DNA of 64,000 bases from Leptolyngbyaceae cyanobacterium (GTDB lineage: Bacteria > Cyanobacteriota > Cyanobacteriia > Phormidesmidales > Phormidesmidaceae). The stretch's first letter is position 1. Every line of letters starts with the position of its first letter. Positions 29,756 through 42,916 of this stretch are shown in pieces. The stretch spans positions 32,001-96,000 of the forward strand of contig CBDHHL010000025.1 in NCBI GenBank assembly GCA_965263355.1. Reading direction: 5' to 3'. Under the pieces are notes generated by a model. It was given only the letters and a program-made list of their open reading frames with translations. It was not told where the DNA came from and did not search any database. Position numbers and translations under genes: made by a program.

Positions 29756-32700
29756 TTATACTTTTCTAACCAAATCAACCGTGAATTGTTGAGCTAAGAC
29801 ACCTACATGAGGTGCTTTCAACAGGGTAAAATGATCGCCTGGAACTGTCTGAACCGTCAGGGAATCAGACAGTGATTGCCAGCCCCAAGTAGGATCCGTC
29901 AGTGTTTGGATGGCGTTAGGCAAATAATCACCTAAAATTCCTATCTCCTGGGCGCGGATAAAGGTCATAGGAATTCCTTCGAGCTGCTGAGGCTGGTAAC
30001 AGGCGCTGGCTTGAGTATTTGCCTTATACACGGCCAAAGACCGCCTTAAGTCAATTGTAGTGATGTTCTGTCCTGCTGTTTGCAACGCCGCTAGTAAAAC
30101 CTTGATCGGATCGTTTGTGACGCTAAATTCAGTCGGTGAGAGTGCTAGCGGTTGATCCACTAACCCTTGATAAAACTTGGCGAGTTCAATGACGTATTGG
30201 GTATCTGACCACTGATCAGAGGTTTGCTCAATATCAGGAACTTCCCGCTGGATATCTATCAGAACTAATCGAGAAATCTGGTCGCCCTGAGCTTGCAATT
30301 GCTGTGCAATCTCAAATGCCACTTTGCCACCGAAGGAGTATCCACCTAGATAATAGGGGCCTTTGGGTTGCACTGCTTTTATAGCTCGAATATGGTGGGC
30401 CGCTATATCCTTCATATTAGTGTACGGAACAATATTCTCATCTAACCCAAGGGAACGAAGCCCATAAAAGGGTTGATCTGTTCCCAATGCCTGAGATAAG
30501 GGCTGAAGATCTAGAACTGTTCCTAAAATGCCAGAGGCACAGAAGATAGGTGGCTGAGAACCCTGGGGTTGAATCGGTACTATGGTCGAAGAGAAAGACG
30601 GTGAACTGTTGCCATTATGTTGGGGCACCGCTGATTGAGGAGAATTTTGCCTAAGACTGGTGCCTTCAGTCTCAGGAACAATCAGCTCCATCAGTCGATC
30701 AACCAGGGCTGTAATGGTGGGATAGTCGAACACTAGGGTTGTGCGCAGGTTGCACCCTAAACTTGCTTGAAGGTCGTTCCTCAATTCAACTGCTGCTAAG
30801 GAATCTAACCCCAAGTCTACCAATCGTTGATCCAGATCAAGTTCCTCAGCTGTTTTCAAGCCTAGAGTTTTTGTGACTAACTTATAAACATGCTTTAATA
30901 CCAGGTCTCGGCGCTGATCAGCAGGCGTAGTCTGTAAAATAACTCGGATATTCTGAGTAGCCGATTGAACGGTGACCACTGAGGCGACCTGCTCATAAAA
31001 TCGGGGACGTTGTGAGAACTGTTGCACCCACTTTGACCATTCAACGGGCATTACTCCAATTTGACCTGCAGCCTGCGGCAATAGTTGACCAAGGATAGAC
31101 AATCCAGCAGTCGGTGCAATGTTAGCCAACCCCCAGTCTGCTAAGCGGTCCTGCTGGTCTTGATTAAGGCGAGCACTCATACCGACTTCCCCCCAAGGCC
31201 CCCAGTTGATACTGACCATAGGCAACCCTAGGGACTGGCGATGATAGGCCAAGGTATCCATAAAGGCATTGGCCGCTGCATAGCTGGCTAACCCATGGGA
31301 CCCTAACAGCGAGGTTAAAGATGAGAAGCAGACGAAGAACTCCAAAGGCTGTTGTTGCGTCAGTTGTTGTGTTAGCTGATGTAGGTTCCAAGTTCCTTGG
31401 ACTTTTGCCGCTAATCCTTGGGCAAACCGAGGCCAATCTTGTTGCCATAGGCCACCAAACTCAACCACGCCTGCTGCATGGATAATCCCCAGCAGCGAGC
31501 GCTCAGACGCTTTCAATGCATCCAAAATTGCTCTAACCTGCTGGGCATCGGCAATATCTGCCTGGACAATAGTAATATCAGCACCTGCCTGTTCAAGCCT
31601 CTGAAGCTGTTGTTGCATATGGGGCTGAGCCTGACTCCGACCGACTAAAACCAACTGCCGAGCACCGTGGGCAACCAGCCATTCTGCCACCTGCAAGCCT
31701 AGGGCTCCCAATCCCCCTGTAATCAGATAAGACCCATCTGCATGGCAGGTGAACGATTGACCTGATAAAGCATCGTTGCGGCGTTTGAGTCGGGCAACAT
31801 ATCGGGTTTGGTTGCGCCAGATGACTTGCTCTTCGCCGTCCTGCGATCGCAATTCTGCCAGTAGAGAGGAGACCAGGGTTTCATCATGGGCTTGAGGCAA
31901 TACATCAACCCGAACACAATGCAGATCTGGATGTTCTAGGGCAATGACTTTGCCCATGCCCCAGAGAGGAGATTGAGCCAATCCAGGAACAGTTGTTGAT
32001 GAGGCTGATGCACCATTGTACTGACCTGAACCGTTATGGCTGCTGGCATGAAGATTTGCAAAGGCTTGAGCGCCTTGGGTCACTAACCAGAGATGGGGCA
32101 ATTTGCCATCACGACCAATCAAGCTCTGAATTAAATGTAATGTGCTAGCACAGCTTATCTGTGCCGCCGCTTCCAAATCCTGAGTCGTTAGCTCTACCCC
32201 AGCTGTAGGCGCTTTCAAACTCCACAGATGAACAATACCCTGACACTCAGGTACTGTTTCCAAAAGCTGCTTAAAATGCTCCACATTAACTGGGTCGACT
32301 TGGAAGACCTGCTCACTGATTTGCCCATAGGTTTTGCCAGGGTAGACGAGGATGGTGCGATCACCTTGAGCTTGCAAAGCATTAACCAGTTGCGGTCCAA
32401 CACCTTGGATATCCGCAAAAATCAGCCAATGACGGGATTGATAAGGACTGGGCTGACTGGGTTTAGGCTGCCACTCAACCTCATAGAGCCACTGATCAAA
32501 CGCGTCAACAGATCTCTCCGATGTAGCAGGCTCTGGCGTAGAACTGAGTGCTCCATTCTGTTCTAGTAATCCACCATTGCGATACCAAGCCGGAGCCTCA
32601 ACCCAATGGCGCTGTCGCTGGAATGGATAGGTGGGAATCGGCTGCCGACATCGACTGTAGTCCTGGTCAAATCTTTGCCAGTCAATGGTGACCCCCTGTT

Positions 32701-35700
32701 GGTAGAGCGTCGCCAAACTGGTGAGCAATTGTGCCCAGTCTGTGCGCTCAGGGTGCAAACTGGGTAGCCACAACCCTGAATGCTCACTTAAACATTGGCG
32801 ACCCATGCCTAACAAAACAGGCTTGGGACCTATCTCTACTAGGATTTGTACGTTTTCTTGAGCCAATACATCCATGCTGGTCCTAAATTGAACCGCTTGT
32901 CGGATATGTTGACACCAGTAGTCGGGCTGGAGCACGGCATTGGTCACCAGCGTACCTGTGACATTGGACACTAGCGGAATCTGAGGGGGAGCAAAGGTGA
33001 CCTGTTCGACCACCTGAGCAAACTCGGCTAGCATTGGCTCCATCAGCGCTGAGTGAAAAGCATGGGACACCTGAAGCTTTCTATATTTAATGTTGGCCCG
33101 CTCACTCTGAACACAAATCGCATCTAGCTCCCGCTGATCACCAGAAATTACGATGCTCTCCGGACCATTGAACGCTGCTATGGACACATTGGGATAGTTT
33201 TGCAGAGCAGTCTTGGCCTGTTCTGCTGTTGCCAATAGCGACACCATACCGCCCCCAGCGGGTAACGCCTGCACCAATCGACCTCGCAGAGCGATCAGTT
33301 TTAGGCCATCTTCCAAGCTAAAGACACCCGCCACACAAGCAGCGACATATTCCCCCACGCTGTGCCCCATAAGGATATCAGGCGTAATACCCCAGGATTG
33401 CCACAGTTGATATAAGGCATATTCAATGGCAAAAAGCGCAGGCTGACTGTAAACAGTCTGATGCAGGAGAGCGTCTTTATCAGCTTCAGCCGCGTAGAGA
33501 ATATCAATTAGCGAGCGATCCAGGTAGTCTTGAAGAATATCGTCACAGCGATCAAGCGCAGCCCGAAATGTTGGTTGCGTGTCGTAAAGCTGCCGACCCA
33601 TGTCAACATACTGAGACCCCTGGCCTGTAAATAGAAACGCAAGCTTTCCTTGAGCTGAAATAGTTGGAGAGGTCATCCCACCAGTTTCCAACCAGTCCTG
33701 AAGCTGTTGACCCAAATTTGCTTTTGACTCCGTGACGAACGATAGCCGTTCTTGAAAATGCTGGCGACCGACATTGGCGGTAAAACAAATATCCGCAAGC
33801 TTTGATTCGGACTCTGACTCTGACTCTGTATCTAAATACTCCAGATAGCGCTGAGCTAATGACTGAAGGGCAGGGACCGTTTTAGCCGATAAGGTCAAAA
33901 GGTGGTGCGATCGCTCTCCCTCGACCATCCCGTCTGACACCTGACGTCTAACGTCTGACGTTGCGGGCGCTTCCTCCAACACCACATGACAATTGGTACC
34001 CCCCATGCCAAAGGAACTTACTCCGGCGCGACGAGGCGTGCCATTCCGGGTCCAGTCTGTCAGCTCGGTATTGACGTAAAAGGGACTATTGGCAAAATCA
34101 ATATTGGGGTTGGGTTGCTCAAAATGCAGGCTCGGAGGCAATTGCTGATGCTTCAAAGCCAATGCGGTTTTAATCAGCCCTACCACCCCTGCAGACTCAA
34201 TCAAGTGGCCAATATTGGTTTTGACCGAGCCAATGGCACAGAAACCCTTCTCAACCGTGCTTTGGCGAAATGCCTGGGTGAGCGCAGTGATTTCAATCGG
34301 ATCACCCAAGGCCGTCCCTGTGCCGTGGGCTTCTATATAGCTAACGGTGCTGGGGTCCACATCCCCGGCTGCCAGGGCGCTTGTAATTACCTCCGCCTGC
34401 CCCTCAACACTAGGAGCGGTATAACCCACCTTAGCTGCACCATCATTATTTATGGCCGACCCTTTGACCACAGCGTAGATGTGATCCCCATCGGCCATCG
34501 CCTGATCGAGAGCTTTGAGGAGAACCACACCGACGCCATTGCCAAAGACAGTCCCTTTCGCCTGGGCATCAAACGCACGACAATGGCCGTCCGGCGAGCA
34601 AATCATATCGTCCTGGTAGAAATACCCCACTTCCTGAGGAACAGAAATGGACACCCCACCTGCCAGGGCCATATCACACTCACCGCTGAGAATACTCTGA
34701 CAGGCCATATGGACAGAGACCAACGAGGTTGAACAGGCCGTTTGTACATTCACACTGGGGCCGGTCAAATTGAGTTTGTAAGACACCCGTGTGGGCAGAA
34801 AGTCCTTGCTATTGGCCAACCGCACTTGCAGATCAGAGGCCGACCCCAGGAAAGTCCGCTGGGCTGAAAAATTTCTCTGGGGATGCACATTATTAATCAA
34901 ATAAGTATTCATCCCAGACCCGGCATACACACCAATCAACCCGTCATAGGTCTCAGGGTTATAGCCTGCATGTTCAAGCGTTTCCCAAGCAGACTCTAAA
35001 AAGATCCGCTGCTGCGGGTCCATAATCTCTGCTTCTCGACGGCTATAGCCAAAAAAGGTGGCGTCAAACCGGTCAATATCAGGGAGAACCGCACCGACTT
35101 TCACGTAGTCAGGATGCTGCAGCAGTTCTGGCTCTAACCCCGCCAACTCCTGGGCGGTAAATGGGGTGATTGATTCTACCCCCTGCTGTAGGTTTTGCCA
35201 AAATTCATCCACATTGGCAGCCCCCGGCACACGGCAAGCAATACCAATAATGGCAATGTCAGTGGTGGATTGTTTTCTAGCGGACACTCGCCGCTTAGCG
35301 GACACTCGCCGCTTAGCGGACACTCGCCGCTTAGCGGACACTCGCCGCTTAGCGGACACTTGCCGCCCATTTACTTGAGCACTCGATGACTGAGATTGTG
35401 CCGCTGGGGCCTCAGTAAGATAGTCGGCCAGAGTTTGAATAGTAGGGTATTGAAACAGACTGACAATCGACAACCGAGACGTCAACTGTTCTAGATCCGA
35501 GATATCAGCGCCAGCCCCTAAAACACTCGGATCTGCTCTGAACTGATCTGCCAGCTGTTGATACACCTGGGTCAGCAAAAGGGAATTCCCCCCCAGCTCA
35601 AAAAAGTTGTCAAGGGTTCCTACCTTATCCAGTTGAAGCACTTCTTGCCACACCTGGGCCAGATATTGCTCCATCTCAGACTGGGGCTCCACCATAGCCG

Positions 35701-38671
35701 TTGCTAACTCTGGACGAGAACGATCCGGAGCAGGTAATGCCCGACGATTTACCTTACCGTTCTGGGTCAGCGGTAACTCTTCTAAGGTGACAAAGGTAGC
35801 TGGCACCATGTAGTCCGGTAGCTGCTCTTGCAAATACTGACGCACCTGGGGCTCTAGCTTAACCGCCACCTGTCCTTGCAGGGGATTATTGGCATAGGCA
35901 CTCCAAGGCAATGTTGTTTTAGGGGGCTCTTGAAAACAGGGCGGCGAAGATATCGCCACCTGGTCTGGATAAAGTAACACGTCGTAGCATGTCTTATCGG
36001 TGGACCAGGTGATAGCAGCGGCAAAGGACTGTTCTTTGGCAAGACTCCAAATATCTTCTGGCTCGATTCCAGCCTTGTCCACGTTCTCATCAGCTACTCC
36101 GAGACGATCTCGCATCTCGGCCACAGTAGCAGGTTGTTCCGTAGAGCCACCATTCTGACCACTGGCTGATTTACTCTCCATCCATTCCAGTACCTGCATC
36201 TCAGAGGTTAACCGGGCATTTGGAATCCCAGTAATGAGAAAATGCTCTGAGGAATTCTCCTGCAACCGTTGCTGAACTGCTTCCAGGGTTAAGCCATCTG
36301 CTTTCCAATTAAGCTGCTGGGTCTGAACAGGGGCAGTGGGTTCCGGGCCAATGTGGAGAATGGCGTCGTAGCGGAACTTACTCATCTCATTATGGGCACA
36401 GCCTCGTCTCAGTTGAATATCTACCTGAGAAATCGGCAGATGCCGTTGCAATGCAGTGAAAAACTCGGGGGCAATGGCCATTTGCCCTTCCTGCACCATC
36501 TGCTTTCGAATTCGCTGGTGCAGTTGTTGGGTCGATAGTCCAGGAGGAGCCTGATATAACTGAATCGACGCGTGAAACGCTTCTAGCAACGGCAGGCTAC
36601 GTACATCACCCAAGAACAACCGTCCGCCTGGCTTAATCGCCTTGACCACCTCGGTAATTACCTTGACGAGATAATCAATCCCAGGAAAGAGCTGGACAAC
36701 CGAGTTAATAATGACCGTATCTAGGGAATTGGGTGCTAGGTCCGTCACACTGTCAGCCGCCCCCTGACGTAGGGTGACATGGGACCAATCTCCATCCATT
36801 TTTTGCATCTGGGCATTGATATACCCCAGGGCTTTAGGCGCAATATCCACCCCACAGTAGGATTGACAATGGGGTGCCACACCAAACAGCAGCATGCCCG
36901 TGCCACAGCCAATTTCTAAAACGTCTTGGGGCTGCCCCATGAGAATACGTTCGAGCGTCCCATCTAACCACTCTCGCATCTCAGAGGCGGGAATCGGTGC
37001 GCCAGAATAGCTATCATTCCAGCCATTGATATTAAATGTGGGATCTTCCACCTCTAGGGTTTCTTGAGCGTAGGCTAAATCCCATAATTCTTGCCACTGT
37101 GAGACTTGTTCTGCCTGGACATCGGCCTGGGCATTTGTCTCGTCATCAGTGGTCTCTGCGGGGTCCTCTCCTTGATAATTGGCATCTGGCACCATGTAGG
37201 CCACAAGCCGTTTGCCACCCCCCCCATTGGCTTGCTCATCCCTGGCCACAACAACACTTTGGCGTACGCCTGGATGCCGATTCATGGTGGCTTCAATTTC
37301 ACCTAGCTCAATCCGAAAACCTCGGATTTTTACTTGATGGTCAATGCGACCTAAAAATTCAATGTTGCCGTCAGGGAGATACCGCGCTAAGTCACCTGTC
37401 TTATAAATTCGAGGGGAATAGACTATGTCCACGGTTGCCGCATCATTACTCTGTTTGGCAAACGGATTAGGAATAAATCTCTCTTGGGTTAAGTCAGGCC
37501 GATTCCGATAGCCCCGTGCTAAGCCATCTCCACCGATATATAATTCACCAACGTCACCCACCGACACTGGGCGCAGGTCTTCGTCCAAAATGTAAATTAA
37601 GGTATTTGCGATGGGACGACCAATGGAGGCAGGAGTATTGGGGCGAGACGGGTCAAAGGATGAATGCTGGATAGAATGCACCGTGGACCAAATTGTGGCT
37701 TCTGTGGGGCCATACATGTTCCAGACACTGTCCACGCAATCCAGCAATTGCTCCGCTAAATCCGCTGGAAAGGCTTCTCCACCACATAGTACTTTTAACC
37801 CGGACTGTCCCTGCCATCCCGCCGCCAAGAGCATGTACCAGGTTGCTGGAGTTGCCTGCATCATGGTTGCATTGGTTGTCCGCAACAATCGAGCCAAGTC
37901 TGGACCTGATGAAGCGACCTCTCGGCTGGCAATGACGACTTGGGCACCTACCACTAGAGGCAAATGCAGCTCTAGCCCAGCAATGTCAAAACAAACTGTT
38001 GTTACGGCAACCAGTACGTCCTGATCTGTTATGCCAGGACGCTGGGCCATGGACGTGAGGAAGTTAACAACGGCTCGATGCTCGATTTGAACACCCTTTG
38101 GTTTGCCAGTTGATCCGGAAGTATAGATTGTGTAGGCTAAGTGAGTGGCCGTAACGTTACTCGTGGGATTTTCTTGACTACCCTGAGAAATGTCACCCCA
38201 ATCGGCATCTAAACAAATAACTGTGAGATCGTCTAAGGCGAGTCCTGTGGATAAATGCCCTGTAGCTAGGGACGATTGAGTGAGGAGAATCTTAGCTTGA
38301 GCGTCCTCCAACATATAGGACAGGCGCTCCAACGGATAGGCGGGATCCAAAGGAACGTATGCTCCACCAGCCTTAAGAATTCCTAAAATGGCCACGACCA
38401 TAGTAATCGAACGGTCCACACAGACACCCGTCAATGTATCTGGGCCAACATTTAAACTCTGGAGATAGTGGGCAAGTTGGTTAGCTTTTTGATTAAGTTC
38501 TCTGTAGGTAACCTGTGTTTGATTGAATCTGATTGCGATCGCATCTGGTGTACGCTCTACCTGCTCCTCGAACAGCTGATGCAAGCAACTATCAAACGGA
38601 TATTCTTTAGCCGTTTGATTCCACTCAATCGGTACAATATTGCGATCCTTTACCATAAACACAGGCAACAT
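29756..38671 (-). CDS. Hybrid NRPS-PKS: A(Gly, interrupted by N-MT)-PCP-KS-AT(malonyl)-KR-ACP-TE
   Basis: A domain: [70 protein letters not shown], between A8 and A9. [73 protein letters not shown]...PGDH. No C domain. Confidence 0.95.
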   Translation of the reverse strand: MLPVFMVKDRNIVPIEWNQTAKEYPFDSCLHQLFEEQVERTPDAIAIRFNQTQVTYRELNQKANQLAHYLQSLNVGPDTLTGVCVDRSITMVVAILGILKAGGAYVPLDPAYPLERLSYMLEDAQAKILLTQSSLATGHLSTGLALDDLTVICLDADWGDISQGSQENPTSNVTATHLAYTIYTSGSTGKPKGVQIEHRAVVNFLTSMAQRPGITDQDVLVAVTTVCFDIAGLELHLPLVVGAQVVIASREVASSGPDLARLLRTTNATMMQATPATWYMLLAAGWQGQSGLKVLCGGEAFPADLAEQLLDCVDSVWNMYGPTEATIWSTVHSIQHSSFDPSRPNTPASIGRPIANTLIYILDEDLRPVSVGDVGELYIGGDGLARGYRNRPDLTQERFIPNPFAKQSNDAATVDIVYSPRIYKTGDLARYLPDGNIEFLGRIDHQVKIRGFRIELGEIEATMNRHPGVRQSVVVARDEQANGGGGKRLVAYMVPDANYQGEDPAETTDDETNAQADVQAEQVSQWQELWDLAYAQETLEVEDPTFNINGWNDSYSGAPIPASEMREWLDGTLERILMGQPQDVLEIGCGTGMLLFGVAPHCQSYCGVDIAPKALGYINAQMQKMDGDWSHVTLRQGAADSVTDLAPNSLDTVIINSVVQLFPGIDYLVKVITEVVKAIKPGGRLFLGDVRSLPLLEAFHASIQLYQAPPGLSTQQLHQRIRKQMVQEGQMAIAPEFFTALQRHLPISQVDIQLRRGCAHNEMSKFRYDAILHIGPEPTAPVQTQQLNWKADGLTLEAVQQRLQENSSEHFLITGIPNARLTSEMQVLEWMESKSASGQNGGSTEQPATVAEMRDRLGVADENVDKAGIEPEDIWSLAKEQSFAAAITWSTDKTCYDVLLYPDQVAISSPPCFQEPPKTTLPWSAYANNPLQGQVAVKLEPQVRQYLQEQLPDYMVPATFVTLEELPLTQNGKVNRRALPAPDRSRPELATAMVEPQSEMEQYLAQVWQEVLQLDKVGTLDNFFELGGNSLLLTQVYQQLADQFRADPSVLGAGADISDLEQLTSRLSIVSLFQYPTIQTLADYLTEAPAAQSQSSSAQVNGRQVSAKRRVSAKRRVSAKRRVSAKRRVSARKQSTTDIAIIGIACRVPGAANVDEFWQNLQQGVESITPFTAQELAGLEPELLQHPDYVKVGAVLPDIDRFDATFFGYSRREAEIMDPQQRIFLESAWETLEHAGYNPETYDGLIGVYAGSGMNTYLINNVHPQRNFSAQRTFLGSASDLQVRLANSKDFLPTRVSYKLNLTGPSVNVQTACSTSLVSVHMACQSILSGECDMALAGGVSISVPQEVGYFYQDDMICSPDGHCRAFDAQAKGTVFGNGVGVVLLKALDQAMADGDHIYAVVKGSAINNDGAAKVGYTAPSVEGQAEVITSALAAGDVDPSTVSYIEAHGTGTALGDPIEITALTQAFRQSTVEKGFCAIGSVKTNIGHLIESAGVVGLIKTALALKHQQLPPSLHFEQPNPNIDFANSPFYVNTELTDWTRNGTPRRAGVSSFGMGGTNCHVVLEEAPATSDVRRQVSDGMVEGERSHHLLTLSAKTVPALQSLAQRYLEYLDTESESESESKLADICFTANVGRQHFQERLSFVTESKANLGQQLQDWLETGGMTSPTISAQGKLAFLFTGQGSQYVDMGRQLYDTQPTFRAALDRCDDILQDYLDRSLIDILYAAEADKDALLHQTVYSQPALFAIEYALYQLWQSWGITPDILMGHSVGEYVAACVAGVFSLEDGLKLIALRGRLVQALPAGGGMVSLLATAEQAKTALQNYPNVSIAAFNGPESIVISGDQRELDAICVQSERANIKYRKLQVSHAFHSALMEPMLAEFAQVVEQVTFAPPQIPLVSNVTGTLVTNAVLQPDYWCQHIRQAVQFRTSMDVLAQENVQILVEIGPKPVLLGMGRQCLSEHSGLWLPSLHPERTDWAQLLTSLATLYQQGVTIDWQRFDQDYSRCRQPIPTYPFQRQRHWVEAPAWYRNGGLLEQNGALSSTPEPATSERSVDAFDQWLYEVEWQPKPSQPSPYQSRHWLIFADIQGVGPQLVNALQAQGDRTILVYPGKTYGQISEQVFQVDPVNVEHFKQLLETVPECQGIVHLWSLKAPTAGVELTTQDLEAAAQISCASTLHLIQSLIGRDGKLPHLWLVTQGAQAFANLHASSHNGSGQYNGASASSTTVPGLAQSPLWGMGKVIALEHPDLHCVRVDVLPQAHDETLVSSLLAELRSQDGEEQVIWRNQTRYVARLKRRNDALSGQSFTCHADGSYLITGGLGALGLQVAEWLVAHGARQLVLVGRSQAQPHMQQQLQRLEQAGADITIVQADIADAQQVRAILDALKASERSLLGIIHAAGVVEFGGLWQQDWPRFAQGLAAKVQGTWNLHQLTQQLTQQQPLEFFVCFSSLTSLLGSHGLASYAAANAFMDTLAYHRQSLGLPMVSINWGPWGEVGMSARLNQDQQDRLADWGLANIAPTAGLSILGQLLPQAAGQIGVMPVEWSKWVQQFSQRPRFYEQVASVVTVQSATQNIRVILQTTPADQRRDLVLKHVYKLVTKTLGLKTAEELDLDQRLVDLGLDSLAAVELRNDLQASLGCNLRTTLVFDYPTITALVDRLMELIVPETEGTSLRQNSPQSAVPQHNGNSSPSFSSTIVPIQPQGSQPPIFCASGILGTVLDLQPLSQALGTDQPFYGLRSLGLDENIVPYTNMKDIAAHHIRAIKAVQPKGPYYLGGYSFGGKVAFEIAQQLQAQGDQISRLVLIDIQREVPDIEQTSDQWSDTQYVIELAKFYQGLVDQPLALSPTEFSVTNDPIKVLLAALQTAGQNITTIDLRRSLAVYKANTQASACYQPQQLEGIPMTFIRAQEIGILGDYLPNAIQTLTDPTWGWQSLSDSLTVQTVPGDHFTLLKAPHVGVLAQQFTVDLVRKV
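35278..35367. repeat. 18-bp tandem repeat x5 in the PCP-KS linker
   Basis: TAGCGGACACTCGCCGCT four times exactly plus one variant; encodes R(Q/R)VSA(K/R) x5. Confidence 0.95.
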
Positions 38672-39280
38672 CTCCTACAGTTACTACAGATTGTTGAATA
38701 CTTAGCGATTGAAATTGCCAATACACCTTTTTGGATTTATCATTCCTAAAACTACTGTTTAGGGCGCTGAATGATGACCATAGGCAGCTAGTTGACAACT
38801 TTGAAACTTACAAATGCCTGACCAAAGCTGTGAATGAGGGCTCAGGAATACAGCAATTCTTAGTCTTACAATTTTTTAGAGTTGCCGTTTTCTCCAAATC
38901 CATATTTTCAATAGCTATTGTACTGACTTAAAAGTATTCAGGTTGGTTTTTGTGATATTTCTAAGGTACTTAATGACGATAATTAAGGTGAATTTTAATC
39001 ATATACCTTGCTAACCTCCTAAAGATTTGTTCAACCGGTGTCCCAATTTCAATGGACACACTTTTAATAAGACATTTCAAAAGTTCGTTAATCAAGTGAC
39101 AATTTTTGCACCATAGCCTAGTCATAAATTTGAATCGCAACTGCCACTGTAAATGGAGTGAGTATCATGGGATGCAATCAAACTATTACCAAAACTATTC
39201 AAAAGAGCCTTTTGCAAAGCAGACAAATTAATATCTGACTATGCTCCCATATCGTCAATTTCCCAAGCTATAACAAAGGA

Positions 39281-39652
39281 CTAAGTTCCATTATAGAAAA
39301 AAGCAATATCATCATATTGTTCTACTAGAAATAAGTTGATGACATTTTGCAAAGATAAATTTGAGCTGGAAAACCCTTGCAATCGCTTAAGAACGACTGC
39401 CAGCATCTTCTGCATTATTAAATTAATGTCCGTAATCAGAGCAATTTTTTGTTTGTTAGTTAAACCTTCTATAACTACATCTGTCACGTATTCTATCTCA
39501 AGAACTTTTTGTGCGGACAGATTATCTAAAACACTATTGCTCATGATACCATGCTGATAGCAGCTAGATGGCATTATTGTGTCATAATGATGAGATAAAT
39601 CCGTGTAATTACTGATCTTTGCTGCTCTACCCTTAAGTATTTCCATTTTCAC
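39281..39652 (-). pseudogene. Decayed class I methyltransferase (homolog of 47810-48091)
   Basis: YTDLSHHYD...KVLEIEYVTDVVIE aligns with YAGIASYYD...NILELGVGTGLLVE, but the GxGxG motif is lost and the ORF stops early. Confidence 0.6.
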
Positions 39653-40147
39653 TTTTCCTTTGGGTTACTTTGCTCTCCACTTGTATTAAAGAGCCATTAC
39701 AAAGGACTTTTTAAAGTGTTCTCTTAGGCAACTTAGCATATTACTAGCACCGTATAAAGCCTTATTTTGATGTCATTGTTACTTAATAGCTAGGCAAAGC
39801 AGCCAAACATTTCATCGCTTACCCTAGAAAAAATAGTCTTTTAGCTAGACAAGATTCAGTACAGTCAACAGATAGTCGATGTCGATAGCTTGAAGAGCAT
39901 TTTTTCAAAAGCAACAAAAAGTAGATCCCCAGTGAAAACCGACCGTCGATTACAGGCTTTACAAAACTTTACTTCCTGGCTTGAAAAGCACTACAAGTTG
40001 TTGAATTTAGACAATTAGAGCGTATTACAATACGCTGATTTTTTATCGTTTATTGCTTAGTCAGCTTTTCAGATCGCCAAAAACCAGATATTACTAAATG
40101 TAACGGAGAGATGACGTGTTCATTAATACGTTCGTCGCAAGTCCTGG

Positions 40148-40165
40148 ATTTTACCAGGATTTTAC
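40148..40165 (+). promoter_or_regulatory. ATTTTAC-N4-ATTTTAC direct-repeat site D (metK promoter)
   Basis: ATTTTACCAGGATTTTAC, then TGCTTAACT 7 bp later; about 80 bp upstream of the metK ATG. Confidence 0.7.
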
Positions 40166-40244
40166 ATTTTTTTGCTTAACTCTTGGTCACTGGACGTTAG
40201 TAGTCAGTGGCCTGTTCTACGGTGCCTAGTCAAGTGATTGCATA

Positions 40245-41399
40245 ATGAGTATATACAATACGTTTACGTCAGAGTCAGTATCAGCAGGTCATCCTGACAA
40301 AATGGCTGACCAAATTTCGGATGCCATTTTGGATGCCATGCTCAAGGATGATCCCCACTCGCGGGTGGCGGTGGAAACCCTAGTCAAAACTGGCATGGCG
40401 ATTGTTGCTGGAGAGGTTCGCACCAACACCTATGTGGATTTGGAAGATATTGTTCGCGACGTCATTTTAGGTATTGGCTACGACAGTTCCGATGTGGGGT
40501 TTGATGGAGCCTCCTGTGCCATTGTCAACGCTATTGGTAAACAGTCCAGTGACATTGCCATGGGGGTGGACGAGGCTGAAAACAAAGATTTGGGTGCTGG
40601 TGACCAAGGCCTTATGTTTGGCTATGCCACCAACGAAACTGATGTGCTGATGCCCGCTCCGATTTACTATGCCCACCGCCTAGTGGAGCGCCAGGCAGAG
40701 TTGCGTAAAACCGGAAAACTCTCTTGGCTACGACCAGACGCTAAAAGTCAGGTGACCTTGAGATACGAAAACGGCAAACCTGTTGCTATTGATGCCATTG
40801 TGCTATCCACTCAACATGATCCCGATGTCACCCTGGGTGACATTCGTGAAGCTGTCATGGAGGAGATCATTAAGCCTGTGCTTCCCCATGACTGGTTGCA
40901 TGTGGGTACTCAGTACCACATCAACCCCACCGGGCAATTTATCATTGGTGGACCGGTGGGAGACTGTGGGTTAACTGGACGCAAGATTATCGTCGATACC
41001 TACGGTGGTATGGCACGTCACGGTGGTGGTGCATTCTCAGGCAAGGACCCCTCTAAAGTGGATCGATCAGCAGCCTATGCAGGTCGCTATGTGGCTAAAA
41101 ACATTGTTGCTGCGGGACTGGCTGATTTGTGCGAAATTCAAGTGTCCTATGCCATTGGTGTAGCTGAGCCTACATCTATCTCCGTCAATACTTTTGGCAC
41201 TGGTAAGCTTGAAGATGACAAAATTGCCACGTTGGTGCGAGAACACTTTGACCTGCGTCCCCAAGGTCTGATTGATATGCTGAATTTACGTCGCCCTATT
41301 TATCAGCAAACGGCGGCCTATGGTCACTTTGGTCGGGAACTGTCTGATTTTACTTGGGAACAAACTGACAAGGCCGAGCCGTTAAAAGCAGCACTGTAA
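40245..41399 (+). CDS. metK: S-adenosylmethionine synthetase
   Basis: [55 protein letters not shown]. Confidence 0.98.
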   Translation: MSIYNTFTSESVSAGHPDKMADQISDAILDAMLKDDPHSRVAVETLVKTGMAIVAGEVRTNTYVDLEDIVRDVILGIGYDSSDVGFDGASCAIVNAIGKQSSDIAMGVDEAENKDLGAGDQGLMFGYATNETDVLMPAPIYYAHRLVERQAELRKTGKLSWLRPDAKSQVTLRYENGKPVAIDAIVLSTQHDPDVTLGDIREAVMEEIIKPVLPHDWLHVGTQYHINPTGQFIIGGPVGDCGLTGRKIIVDTYGGMARHGGGAFSGKDPSKVDRSAAYAGRYVAKNIVAAGLADLCEIQVSYAIGVAEPTSISVNTFGTGKLEDDKIATLVREHFDLRPQGLIDMLNLRRPIYQQTAAYGHFGRELSDFTWEQTDKAEPLKAAL

Positions 41400-41429
41400 T
41401 TTTTGAGAAAACCTAAGAAAACGAAACCT

Positions 41430-42812
41430 ATGAGCACTTCAACACTCACCCGCGACTATAAAGTTGCCGATATTAGTCTGGCTAGCTGGGGACGCAAGGA
41501 AATTGCCATTGCAGAAGGTGAAATGCCGGCTCTCATGGCCATTCGCAAAAAATATAGCGATAGCAAGCCTCTGGCTGGAGCCAAGATTATCGGCTGTATC
41601 CACATGACCATTCAAACCGCTGTCCTAATCGAGACCCTAATCGAGCTGGGTGCAGAGGTGCGCTGGTCCTCCTGCAATATCTTTTCTACCCAAGACCATG
41701 CTGCTGCTGCGATCGCAGAAGTCGGTGTGCCCGTCTTTGCCTGGAAGGGAGAAACCGAAGACGAATATATGTGGTGCATTGAACAAACCTGCCGAGCTAC
41801 CGATGGCAAGCTGTGGGATGCCAACATGATTTTGGATGATGGCGGTGACCTAACAGGCTACATTCACGAAACCTATCCCGATATGCTCACCCATATCCAT
41901 GGTGTTACCGAAGAGACTACCACCGGAGTACATCGCCTGTACGAAATGCTAGAAAAGGGTGAACTCAAAATTCCTGCCATCAACGTCAATGACTCGGTCA
42001 CTAAAGCTAAAAATGACAATAAATATGGCTGTCGTCATAGCTTGAATGATGCCATTAAGCGCGGTACCGATCACCTGATGGCAGGTAAAAAGGCCTTAGT
42101 GATTGGCTATGGTGATGTTGGTAAAGGCTCAGTGGCCTCTCTTCGCCAGGAAGGCATGATTGTTAAGGTGGCTGAGGTAGATCCCATCTGTGCTATGCAA
42201 GCCTGTATGGATGGCTATGAGGTGGTATCTCCCTATGTCGATGGTGTAAATAATGGCGTTGCTAGTCTTAACAAGACACTTTTGGCCAACATTGATTTGT
42301 TGGTTACTGCTACGGGAAATGTGAATGTCTGTGATGCCCCTATGCTGACAGCCTTAAAGCCTGGAGCAGTCGTTTGTAATATCGGTCATTTTGACAATGA
42401 GATTGATACGGCTTACATGCGTCAGACCTGGCGCTGGGAAGAGGTCAAACCGCAGGTACATCAGGTTTACCGCAGCGATGATCCCCAAGACTTTCTGATT
42501 TTGTTAGCAGAAGGTCGTTTAGTAAATTTAGGGAATGCTACTGGCCATCCGTCTCGAATTATGGACGGGTCATTTGCCAATCAGGTGTTGGCTCAGATGT
42601 TCTTATTTGAGCGGAAATTTGCCGATAAGTCTGATCTGGAAAAGGCTGCAGAAATTACTGTGGACGTGTTGCCCAAGCAATTGGATGAGGAAGTTGCTCG
42701 CTATATGGTTGAAGGGTTTGGTGGTGTGATTACTCAGCTAACATCCACCCAGGCTGACTATATCAATGTGCCAATGTCTGGTCCTTTCAAGCAAGATAGC
42801 TACAAGTACTAA
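41430..42812 (+). CDS. ahcY: S-adenosylhomocysteine hydrolase
   Basis: [57 protein letters not shown] 41430 preferred. Confidence 0.98.
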   Translation: MSTSTLTRDYKVADISLASWGRKEIAIAEGEMPALMAIRKKYSDSKPLAGAKIIGCIHMTIQTAVLIETLIELGAEVRWSSCNIFSTQDHAAAAIAEVGVPVFAWKGETEDEYMWCIEQTCRATDGKLWDANMILDDGGDLTGYIHETYPDMLTHIHGVTEETTTGVHRLYEMLEKGELKIPAINVNDSVTKAKNDNKYGCRHSLNDAIKRGTDHLMAGKKALVIGYGDVGKGSVASLRQEGMIVKVAEVDPICAMQACMDGYEVVSPYVDGVNNGVASLNKTLLANIDLLVTATGNVNVCDAPMLTALKPGAVVCNIGHFDNEIDTAYMRQTWRWEEVKPQVHQVYRSDDPQDFLILLAEGRLVNLGNATGHPSRIMDGSFANQVLAQMFLFERKFADKSDLEKAAEITVDVLPKQLDEEVARYMVEGFGGVITQLTSTQADYINVPMSGPFKQDSYKY

Positions 42813-42916
42813 CCGAAGTCCTCAGGACGGCTTTATAAAGGTCTATCTTTTGTCAAGTCGTCCTATTTTTCTCCTAGCATTAAAGTCTCTACAGTTCTTC
42901 AAAAAAGGCTATACCA

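Noticed and set aside
33986..34732. 248-aa plus-strand ORF and other short ORFs antisense to long genes
   Set aside because: Shadow ORFs opposite well-supported CDSs, with no motifs.
35278..35367. Possible CRISPR array
   Set aside because: Units are contiguous with no spacers, lie in frame inside a CDS, and no cas genes are present.
39958..39975. HLR1-like TTTACAAA-AC-TTTACTTC site
   Set aside because: Second half-site is poor and the period is 10 bp, so it was not counted with the 11-bp motif; may be chance in AT-rich DNA.
40185..40244. SAM riboswitch in the metK leader
   Set aside because: Only one short hairpin (GGTCACTG...CAGTGGCC); no SAM-I/II/V consensus recognised.
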